A DNA stretch of 20,000 nucleotides from an uncultured virus (IMG/VR IMGVR_UViG_3300020037_001229) (lineage: Duplodnaviria > Heunggongvirae > Uroviricota > Caudoviricetes): IMG/VR virus record IMGVR_UViG_3300020037_001229. The stretch is one strand, 5' to 3'. Every line of letters begins with the position of its first letter. Positions within the stretch are counted from its first letter, which is position 1. Shown one piece after another: positions 9,301 to 15,794 of the stretch. The position numbers were made by a program, and so were the translations under genes. A model generated the notes under the pieces. It had not been told where the DNA came from, made no database searches, and saw nothing but the letters and a program-made list of their open reading frames with translations.

Positions 9301-10024
9301 GCAATCAACCGCTGGGGCTACTTCAGAGTCTATAGGTGCTGGTGGTTATTCTGCTCCTAGTGCTGAGTCTTCCTTTGGTGGATTTAATGCAGGTTCCCTT
9401 GGTGGTTCCGCCTCAGGATTTGGATCAGGTTTTGGTGCCGTAGGCTCCTCTAACACAGGCTCTCCTGGTTATAGTGGTTTCTCACAATCAGGTCTAGGTA
9501 ACTACTCTGGTGGTACGAGTAGCTCTTCTAGTGGCAGCACTTCCAGTTCAGGCTCAGGGAGTGGATCAAGCTCTGCCGGAAAAGGCGGTGGTGGAGGTTA
9601 CAGCGGTTATGGTGGTTTGGATTCTCCGTCCGAACACGGACCAGGCCCCGGAAGCGGCAGTGGAGACGCTGGGGGAGATACAATCCTCTGTACATACTTC
9701 CACGGAAAAGGAAGACTATCAGATGAGCTTTATTTTGCTGATAGTTCTTACGGTGCAATATACATTTCTGAAGATACAATGAATGGTTATCAACTCTGGG
9801 CAGAGCCTATTGTTGAGTACTTAAAGAAAAAGAAGCACCCTATCTTAGAAGAATTCTTATTTTTCTTTGTGAAAGGATGGGCCACAGAAATGGCTTATCG
9901 TATGGGTGTTGAAAAGAAATCTAACTTTATCGGGCGACAGATATGCAATTTTGGTGAAGCGATCTGTAGTTTAATTGGTAAGGCAACTCGTTTTATAAAG
10001 CGACCCCTGAAGGAGAATACATGA
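6392..10024 (+). CDS. large virion/ejection-type protein with predicted peptidase M15-like and Hydrolase_2 (SleB-like) domains, Gly/Ser-rich region and small C-terminal domain
   Basis: 1210 aa; HTTGKAAD...IHAD metal-ligand pattern; AIAGE...IENR...SQY...ATHYWNP...PSW...VGEHTF pattern; low-complexity region ~8690-9675. Confidence 0.75.
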   Translation: MATQKKAVRKITRGPDGKIKTIYVDAQTKQELTSLIGYTVNSQNELATEDFPHGLNSMLDMPHGLNAIEGFPLTPFLPGISDRDTQGSSSGSLSDMEWLNPRNGRDPDSSALTSEDRTPANNFGYVNKPGFLSLASALPGIPGIIGKGINAAVNANNVAAINAARETLGLPEQSTKEALRGIVQDNKGVVAEATIGNQQVAIGLEATTPSGRTTMTPQEALARAEANDVEIQEATPEAKEAAEAKFAEEYGKQAQGFLGNLKDIVKDVTEAKSPLANIKSPFANVKSPLTKSESKSKGKSKEAKAESKSTGIASPESAKNVSITPGLGLGNLTNRTAKTDLAGKSRGVAPDATLMDVIQQAVEQTLGPGYQAVVSSGTYSPEQQAAINEARAQAYQAAIVAGKTQAQANKAADAAGKAAGQVGTTRHTTGKAADFYIVDPQGNRVQSTEALKSIAASLASLGITGIGLGNPGGYMGGTSIHADVVDPSKATGWGGLGQQFKDAINDSIGLPNKFSPTGIPTPTASPRNDPVQDVATEGTQKSTTPEPVGYNTGFVGQAYGSGNDAQQAFAPMGFAPTQNRSDVLDPLMRDPRTVEEITALAKAIAGELGSNTLAGINSGDEAAKSVARQEIAAILGTIENRAASARHGGNLASVLTGSQYNSLMSSNLATTEANFQEFGDFITEAIQDYYDGTNPSPAPNATHYWNPSIVSPSWSDYSKDGTTDVGEHTFSDIAIPGTNVSEYSKGLPNEVNVSEVGRPSFTTEAVASGIAGAMASGKGTTSGSSLGLSGSASGLAGLTGAGKGTISVNPNTGIISFDVVSPEEYAAAVAASQPAFTGNVPSFSYASPSEAFANYGVNTTSVGPGSGVQMDGLGAFGSAPGSGYGGQAMAGLQGMTGISSSFDNPTGIAGTGIGYGFDAGSLGGTASGFGSGFGAVGTSGYGSFSGGTDAGTDFGGPGTFGGSFGGGYGSQSTAGATSESIGAGGYSAPSAESSFGGFNAGSLGGSASGFGSGFGAVGSSNTGSPGYSGFSQSGLGNYSGGTSSSSSGSTSSSGSGSGSSSAGKGGGGGYSGYGGLDSPSEHGPGPGSGSGDAGGDTILCTYFHGKGRLSDELYFADSSYGAIYISEDTMNGYQLWAEPIVEYLKKKKHPILEEFLFFFVKGWATEMAYRMGVEKKSNFIGRQICNFGEAICSLIGKATRFIKRPLKENT
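9137..9445 (+). repeat. two copies of a 22-aa Gly-rich unit (9137-9202, 9380-9445)
   Basis: GFDAGSLGGTASGFGSGFGAVG vs GFNAGSLGGSASGFGSGFGAVG, with many synonymous codon differences. Confidence 0.85.
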
Positions 10025-10824
10025 CAAGGTACAAAAATGATGCAAGACTTGTTCGTGAAGACCAAGAGCTTGAAGAGCTTGAAAGCAAGAAGGTAGAAGA
10101 TACGAAAGAAGAGGCTGAGGAAAAGGAACTCTCTTTTGAAGAGGAAACTTTTAAAAAGAGGTACGGCGACCTTCGTCGTTATAACCAACAGTTAGTCTCT
10201 GAGAAAGATAACCGTATCAAAGAGCTTGAACAACAGCTATCGAGTATGTCCACTGGCCCTCAGTTTCCAAAGACTAAAGAGGAATTGGACGGTTGGAAAA
10301 GCAAGTACCCCGATGTCTTTGGCCACATCCAGACTATGATTCTACAGAACAATCAAGAGTTGGATACCAAGTACAAAAAGGGCTTAGAACAAGTCAAGCA
10401 GATTGAAGATCAGATTAATAGAGATAAGGCCATCGCTGAGTTAAATCGGCTTCACCCTGATTTCTTTAATAAGATTCTTCCTGATCCAAAGTTCAAGGAA
10501 TGGGCGGAAGCTCAGCCAGCTTGGATGATCGATTCACTCAATGGGTGGGACGCTATCGCCGCCGGAAGAGTTATCGATTTGTATAAGGCCGATATGGGTC
10601 TTTATACTAAAGAAAAACAAAAGGTTGACTCTAAAAGAGAAGCAGCCGAAAACGTAACACGTAAAGTTTCTAGTGGTCCCGATATGTCTTCGGATAGACC
10701 TAAGTACAAAGAGTCGCAGATTGAAAAAATGTCTGCGAGAGAGTACGAACGTTTAGAAGATGACATTATGGAAGCATTTCGTACCGGTCGAATTGAGTAC
10801 GATGTCACCGGGGCTGCTCGTTAA
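10021..10824 (+). CDS. capsid scaffolding/assembly protein
   Basis: acidic coiled-coil protein just upstream of MCP; FKKRYGDLRR, LHPDF and C-terminal MSAREYERLEDDIMEAFRTGRI motifs. Confidence 0.85.
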   Translation: MTRYKNDARLVREDQELEELESKKVEDTKEEAEEKELSFEEETFKKRYGDLRRYNQQLVSEKDNRIKELEQQLSSMSTGPQFPKTKEELDGWKSKYPDVFGHIQTMILQNNQELDTKYKKGLEQVKQIEDQINRDKAIAELNRLHPDFFNKILPDPKFKEWAEAQPAWMIDSLNGWDAIAAGRVIDLYKADMGLYTKEKQKVDSKREAAENVTRKVSSGPDMSSDRPKYKESQIEKMSAREYERLEDDIMEAFRTGRIEYDVTGAAR

Positions 10825-11014
10825 TACAAACCCTCGAAAGAGACTACTTTGTGTTAACAACTAAAGACAACAAAAACATAGACAGACTACTCAATTAAGT
10901 TGGCCTCTTAAGGACTGATCCTCTGAAAGACACCCAACAATAAATTGACCTCTCTTGTGAATGTGTGTTTACCTTAAACCTAAACAAATTTAATTTATTC
11001 ATAGGAGAATTACT

Positions 11015-12058
11015 ATGGCATTTCAAAAAGCATCTGGTTACCAAAATTTGCCCAATGGAGTATTTTCTCCGACGCTTTACTCTAAGAAGGTTCAGAAAGC
11101 CTTCCGTAAGGCCTCGGTTGTAGAGGGTATTACTAACTCGGACTTTTTTGGGGAAATCTCTAACTTCGGTGATTCGGTTCGCATTATCAAGGAGCCGGAA
11201 ATCACTGTCCAGAACTACGCACGTGGTACTCAGATTACTCCGCAGGATATGACGGATGAGGACTTCTCGCTCGTTGTAGATAAGGCTAATTACTTCGCCT
11301 TTAAGGTCGATGACATTGAAGAGAAGCACTCGCACGTTAACTGGATGGACCTCGCCACCGACCGTGCAGGCTACAAGATGAAGGACACGTATGACTCGGA
11401 AGTTCTGGGTTATATGTCGGGCTACGTTAAGAATAGCTCGGGCGTCTGGATTGCGAATACTACGACTTCGGGTTCGGTAGCCAATACGTCGGCTGGTACT
11501 GACGAATGGCTTACTGCTCAGAAGCTCGCTCGTGACGACTTTGTCTCGGGTGGTTCCGCCTCGGACTCTATCGCTGTTGGTGTCGCTGGTACTTACGATG
11601 TGACTCCTCTTGCGATCCTTAACCGAATGAATCGTATTATGGACCTCTATAACGTCCCGAAGGATGGTCGTTGGGTTGTCGTTGATCCGGTCTTCGTTGA
11701 GATTCTGATGGACGAAAACTCGAAGTTTATGAACCATGACTATCAGGGTTCGGAAGACTTCACTAACGGCAGAATTTCGGCTGGTAAGATTCGTGGATTT
11801 AATGTCCACATGTCTAATAACCTTCCGTATCTCGGTACGGGTCCTGGTACGGCTGACTCCAACGGTTCGTCCGCGAACTACGGTGTGATCCTTGCGGGTC
11901 ATATGTCCGCCGCCGCCACTGCTACTCAGATCACAAAGACGGAATCGTACCGTGATCCTGACTCGTTCGCTGATATTGTTCGTGGTATGCAGCTTTACGG
12001 CCGTAAAATACTTAGGAGTGAAAGCTTAGTTCGAGCTATCTACAATATTAACTCCTAA
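11015..12058 (+). CDS. major capsid protein (exon 1 = 11015-12004; unspliced frame continues through an intron-borne tail to TAA 12058; 347 aa)
   Basis: strong RBS TAGGAG; motifs FSPTLYSKK, GEISNFGDSVRIIKEP, FAFKVDDIE, GRWVVVDP, SNNLP, RDPDSFADIVRGMQLYG; strongly biased codon usage. Confidence 0.95.
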   Translation: MAFQKASGYQNLPNGVFSPTLYSKKVQKAFRKASVVEGITNSDFFGEISNFGDSVRIIKEPEITVQNYARGTQITPQDMTDEDFSLVVDKANYFAFKVDDIEEKHSHVNWMDLATDRAGYKMKDTYDSEVLGYMSGYVKNSSGVWIANTTTSGSVANTSAGTDEWLTAQKLARDDFVSGGSASDSIAVGVAGTYDVTPLAILNRMNRIMDLYNVPKDGRWVVVDPVFVEILMDENSKFMNHDYQGSEDFTNGRISAGKIRGFNVHMSNNLPYLGTGPGTADSNGSSANYGVILAGHMSAAATATQITKTESYRDPDSFADIVRGMQLYGRKILRSESLVRAIYNINS

Positions 12059-12740
12059 TGCGCTTCATACATTAATTGTATGTCGAAACCCTCTTAATTC
12101 AGAGAAACTCTAAGGAAGACAGCGCGCTTCTATGACAACCCTGAGCGAAGCCTCTTATGAGGAACGTGCAACGACTAACCCTACCAAGGTGTACATCCAA
12201 GTGGATGGAAATAGAGGGAAACTTATACACTAAGTTTTTGATATAGTCTAATCTATATGGAAACATATAGCAGAAAGGTTAAGTTTAGAATGAAATTAAA
12301 ACTACCAGAAAACCATCCGCATAAAGACGGAAGGGAATGCACAACTTGTAATACTTTTAAGAGCGCCTCAGAATTTACTTTATCGAGAGATAAAAGGAGT
12401 TTTGGTGGTATAGCGATGCGATCAAAGTGTAAAACGTGTGACGAACTAAGAAAGTACAAAGGGTTCGTTAAAAGAACATACAATTTAACATTTGAAGGCT
12501 ACGAACAGCTTTTAGAAAAACAGAATTACTGTTGTGCGATCTGTGAAAGTAAAATTTCTAGTAAAAGAACTTCTAGACTCTTTGTTGACCATTGTCATGA
12601 GACATTAGTAGTCAGAGGTTTGCTCTGCTCTTCTTGTAATCATGGTCTCGGTCAGTTTAAAGATAGTCCAAAACTTTTACAGAGAGCAATACAATATTTA
12701 ACCTCGGGTAAGACTTAACGACTCTTACTGAATGAAAATG
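12005..12740 (+). ncRNA. group I self-splicing intron, subgroup IA2-like (736 nt), in the MCP gene
   Basis: 5' exon ends in U12004 pairing with G12060; terminal G12740; P2 CATACA/TGTATG (12066-12082); P3 CCCTCT 12089-94 / AGAGGG 12213-18; P4 TTCAG/CTGAG; P6a CCTC/GAGG; P7 GACTA 12173-77 / TAGTC 12244-48 in GCAACGACTA and GATATAGTC contexts; extra hairpins between P7 and P3'; P8 AACTTA/TAAGTT; P9 CTATATG-GAAA-CATATAG; removal rejoins the MCP frame. Confidence 0.93.
12290..12718 (+). CDS. intron-encoded EndoVII-type HNH (His-Me finger) homing endonuclease
   Basis: CTTC...CKTC zinc finger, then CAIC...VDHCH...VRGLLCSSCNHGLG; located in the P9.1 loop; ATG 12290 follows AAAGG (alternative ATG 12257 lies inside the P9 hairpin). 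Confidence 0.9.
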   Translation: MKLKLPENHPHKDGRECTTCNTFKSASEFTLSRDKRSFGGIAMRSKCKTCDELRKYKGFVKRTYNLTFEGYEQLLEKQNYCCAICESKISSKRTSRLFVDHCHETLVVRGLLCSSCNHGLGQFKDSPKLLQRAIQYLTSGKT

Positions 12741-12794
12741 AAAATCTTGCGTCCCGAGACGCTCGTTCGCGCCATTTACAATATCAACGTCTAA
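12741..12794 (+). CDS. major capsid protein exon 2 (KILRPETLVRAIYNINV*)
   Basis: follows intron terminal G; joins exon 1 in frame as YGR|KILRPE, giving 347 aa; followed by the RBS of the next gene. Confidence 0.9.
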   Translation, partial: KILRPETLVRAIYNINV

Positions 12795-12811
12795 TTTAAG
12801 GAGTATTACTT

Positions 12812-13306
12812 ATGGCTACTGTTGATATGTCTGCGGGTGTGACCACGTTGCACCCCACTCGCTCGGGTAATACGTCTTTACCGTATCTCGTCGAGGTTGA
12901 CCTTGATATCGCCGCTGCGGCTACTGAAAAGGGTTCTGCCCTTGCTGCTGACGACGTTATTCAGGTTATTGATGTCCCTGCTGGTACTCTCGTACTTGCA
13001 GCGGGTTTTGAAGTGACCACGGAGACGACTGATACTCAGACTGACGTTACTGTCGACATGGGTATCACTGATATCGACGCCGATGTTTTCGTTGATGGTT
13101 TCGACCTCGACGGCGCTTCGGCTGGTGCTTACCCACAGCAACCGGCGGCTTACCAGCCTGTCGTTATTGGCGCTTCTGCCGATACTATCGATATCCTGAT
13201 CAAGACTGCTACTGCTGCTCCGACGGCAGGTGAGCTTAGAGTTTGGGCTGTCCTTATGGACATTTCGGACCGTAAGGCTCCTGGCATTGTTGCTCTTGGT
13301 TCTTAA
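12812..13306 (+). CDS. putative capsid decoration/minor capsid protein
   Basis: 164 aa directly after MCP, strong RBS TAAGGAG, MCP-like codon bias, beta-rich acidic sequence, followed by a terminator. Confidence 0.7.
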   Translation: MATVDMSAGVTTLHPTRSGNTSLPYLVEVDLDIAAAATEKGSALAADDVIQVIDVPAGTLVLAAGFEVTTETTDTQTDVTVDMGITDIDADVFVDGFDLDGASAGAYPQQPAAYQPVVIGASADTIDILIKTATAAPTAGELRVWAVLMDISDRKAPGIVALGS

Positions 13307-13317
13307 TACTTAACAAC

Positions 13318-13351
13318 TAGGGGGATGCTAAATGGTGTCCCCCTATTTTTT
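13318..13351 (+). terminator. intrinsic terminator ending the capsid transcript
   Basis: TAGGGGGA (13318-25) / TCCCCCTA (13338-45) stem extended by G-U pairs, followed by T6. Confidence 0.88.
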
Positions 13352-13365
13352 ATCAGGAGATTTTA

Positions 13366-13665
13366 ATGTCTGAGTATGCACCAATTAAATCTAACACTTG
13401 TACATTTTCTACCGTAGGAGATTCCGATTCTTCGGTGACACTTTTAGCATCCAACTCTAGAAGAAAAGGTGCCTCTATTGTTAATACGTCTACTGCCATT
13501 TTGTACCTTAGGATGGATGGTGGTACGGCCACTGCGACGACAGGTTACAATGTCCCACTTATTCAAGGTGGCTATTTTGAAGTACCATTCGGTTATACGG
13601 GGGCTATTACAGGTATTTGGGCTTCAGACGCTGGTGGAGCAGCTAACGTAGCTGAATACACGTAA
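13366..13665 (+). CDS. small beta-rich putative virion protein
   Basis: 99 aa, RBS AGGAG, stop overlaps the next start (TAATG). Confidence 0.75.
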   Translation: MSEYAPIKSNTCTFSTVGDSDSSVTLLASNSRRKGASIVNTSTAILYLRMDGGTATATTGYNVPLIQGGYFEVPFGYTGAITGIWASDAGGAANVAEYT

Positions 13666-15008
13666 TGTTTAGAATTCGATCTTACCAACAAAGATTTAGA
13701 AAAACTCCTTCTTTTAACGCCTTTTTACAATTATCGGGTGAAACCGACGGTTTCGTTCTAGACGTAATAAATGATACTGTTTTAGTTAGGGACTCTAGTA
13801 CGCCGACAAATAATTTCGTTGGTACTATGGCAGAGGCACTCTCGAATGGTATCTTGGTTTACCCATCACCTTCAACCAAATTGATACTGGATTCAGCCGG
13901 AGCGTGGCAATCTGGAACAGCGTTGCGCTGCCACTACAGCGCTACAGGCGTCCCGCTCGGGCTGCTTCCAGAACCGCAGCGGACGAATGGCATCCCGAAC
14001 AACACGATGGTCGGTGCTGCTGCCGGCACTCCGGGCACACCGCCCACCGGGTGGGCCATTGTTCTTTTAGGATGCTCGCAAGAAGTCGTCGGAGCAGGTA
14101 GCCTCAACGGGATCGACTACATCGATCTGCGTATTTACGGCACGCCGACTTCGACCAACAGGTTATCGATTGGCTTCTCTCCATCTTCCACGATTGTCGC
14201 GTCTGAAGCTCAGGTGTGGAATCTTTCGACGTATCTAGCAATCGTCGGCGGCAGTCTTGCCAATATCTCCTCGGTCACGCTGGCGACCAACTGGCAAGGC
14301 CCGGGATCGACGAAACGAGGCAGCAGCTTCAGCGCCTCTCTGTCGTCAACACTAACGAGATTCGAATCGTCTTTGACGGCTCCCGCCAGCACCACGTACA
14401 CGCTGCCGAAATTGGAATTAAATTTGACCAACGGGTCGGCCGTCGACATCACGCTGCGGATCGGTTTGCCGCAGATGGAACTCGGAGCCTTTGCGACAAG
14501 CCCGATCAAGACAAGCGGGTCTGCCGTCACCCGCGCACCAGACAATCTCTATGTCGACCTGACGAAGGTGCCGGCGCTCGGCAGCGAGTTTACCGTCCTC
14601 GGCGAGGCGGAGCCGTGCCCTGACGTGCAGTCGAATGCGTTTGTCCTATATGACCTGTATAAGGACGCGAATGACAGAGCCTATCTCCGCAACGCGACGG
14701 CGGGGAATTTGGCGCTGCAACTCATCAATAGGTCAGGTGGTTCCGATACAGCGTCCATAGTGAGCGTCAACAACAGCGCCACACCCCGATACAAGTTCGC
14801 CGCTGCACACAAGGCTGACGACTACGAACTCGTGACGAAGGGCGTCAGCCGAGGAACCGACGCAAGCGGTGCGCTGGCAGCAGGTATGACTCTCTTCTAT
14901 CTCGGACGTGGTCAGGCTGGCGGTCAATACTCAGCCCCCATCGGGTCCGTCGCCCTCATCCCCGAGCGCCTATCGCAGGCCGACATGATCGCGAGGACAA
15001 CGCTATGA
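13665..15008 (+). CDS. fibre/spike-like virion protein with probable carbohydrate-binding and LamG-like domains; mosaic gene
   Basis: 447 aa; GLLPEPQRTN and PQMELGAFATSPIKTSGSAVTRAPD motifs recur in phage head/tail fibre proteins; C-terminus resembles a ConA/LamG-type fold (LGRG...IGSVALIPERLSQADM). Confidence 0.65.
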   Translation: MFRIRSYQQRFRKTPSFNAFLQLSGETDGFVLDVINDTVLVRDSSTPTNNFVGTMAEALSNGILVYPSPSTKLILDSAGAWQSGTALRCHYSATGVPLGLLPEPQRTNGIPNNTMVGAAAGTPGTPPTGWAIVLLGCSQEVVGAGSLNGIDYIDLRIYGTPTSTNRLSIGFSPSSTIVASEAQVWNLSTYLAIVGGSLANISSVTLATNWQGPGSTKRGSSFSASLSSTLTRFESSLTAPASTTYTLPKLELNLTNGSAVDITLRIGLPQMELGAFATSPIKTSGSAVTRAPDNLYVDLTKVPALGSEFTVLGEAEPCPDVQSNAFVLYDLYKDANDRAYLRNATAGNLALQLINRSGGSDTASIVSVNNSATPRYKFAAAHKADDYELVTKGVSRGTDASGALAAGMTLFYLGRGQAGGQYSAPIGSVALIPERLSQADMIARTTL

Positions 15009-15484
15009 CCGCTCCCATCGAAATGCTCCTGTGGGCACTCGACCGCGAGACGTTCGCGAACACCATGGCCGGGCTCATTCTGCCAGACGGCCGGCATATC
15101 GCATGGCTGGCGACCGAGGAGGAACCCGGCCCAGAGAACAACTCCATCCGAACGCTCGACGTCATCCTCTGCTCTGAAATCGGCGCGGTCGTGAAGACGC
15201 CTGCTGTACTCGACGAAGAAGGCAACGAGATCACGCCCGACGTCATCGTCCCCGGCTACCACGCCAATCTCGTAGCAACAGGATGGTTAGCCGACATGCT
15301 GACGTCGGGGCTGCCGGCCGAAGGCACGATATTCGAGCGCACTCGCATTCTCGATCTGCTTGGAAAGATGAACTGGCAGCCGAGCGCCGTTGGAGAGCCG
15401 CCCGGCTATGTCGGCACAAGCGGCGTCAAGATCAGTGATCCCGGCATCGTCAACAACCGCGTGCGGACCTGGGCCGGGCTCTAA
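15005..15484 (+). CDS. hypothetical protein coupled to the fibre-like gene
   Basis: 159 aa, start overlaps the upstream stop (ATGA), GC-rich codons; PAVLDEEGNEITP and GYHANL motifs seen in ORFs adjacent to fibre genes. Confidence 0.75.
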   Translation: MTAPIEMLLWALDRETFANTMAGLILPDGRHIAWLATEEEPGPENNSIRTLDVILCSEIGAVVKTPAVLDEEGNEITPDVIVPGYHANLVATGWLADMLTSGLPAEGTIFERTRILDLLGKMNWQPSAVGEPPGYVGTSGVKISDPGIVNNRVRTWAGL

Positions 15485-15520
15485 CCGGCGCACATTCGAA
15501 CCATCTGAAAGGAGCTATGA

Positions 15521-15772
15521 ATGTCAAACAATAAAACATTAGCAGAGCGCATCGTCGATTCTGCTAGAACTGGTCGTTCTGACCCAGATGAACTATCTAT
15601 TCTAGACAATATTACAGCCTCTGCGGCTGAGATTAACCTTCTTGAAGGCGTTACGGCAACGACAGAGGCACGTTGTTCTGCTCTGCGTGACGAACTCCAT
15701 CAAGCAACTGGTGCTATCTCGATGATCGATATGTTCATTCTTCGTCTCGAAAGTTCAGGAACAAGTGAGTAG
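15521..15772 (+). CDS. small protein with fibre-shaft-like repeat, possibly a truncated or chimeric fibre remnant
   Basis: 83 aa, RBS AAGGAG 15509-14; tandem units ELSILDNITASAA / EINLLEGVTATT. Confidence 0.6.
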   Translation: MSNNKTLAERIVDSARTGRSDPDELSILDNITASAAEINLLEGVTATTEARCSALRDELHQATGAISMIDMFILRLESSGTSE

Positions 15773-15794
15773 ATTTCGAATAAGGATATAAAAC

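Noticed and set aside
10914..10931. CTGAT...GAAA resembling a hammerhead ribozyme core
   Set aside because: Reads CUGAUCC rather than CUGANGA, and the required stems and cleavage triplet are not in place
10895..11902. 335-aa minus-strand ORF
   Set aside because: Antisense shadow of the codon-biased MCP gene; no recognisable motifs and opposite to the operon
12741..12794. Duplicated MCP end as an assembly artefact or target-site duplication
   Set aside because: Only 35/54 nt identical with mostly synonymous differences, and separated by a complete group I intron core
13904..15493. Several alternative-frame and antisense ORFs in the GC-rich segment
   Set aside because: Expected from stop-codon scarcity at high GC; they overlap better-supported genes
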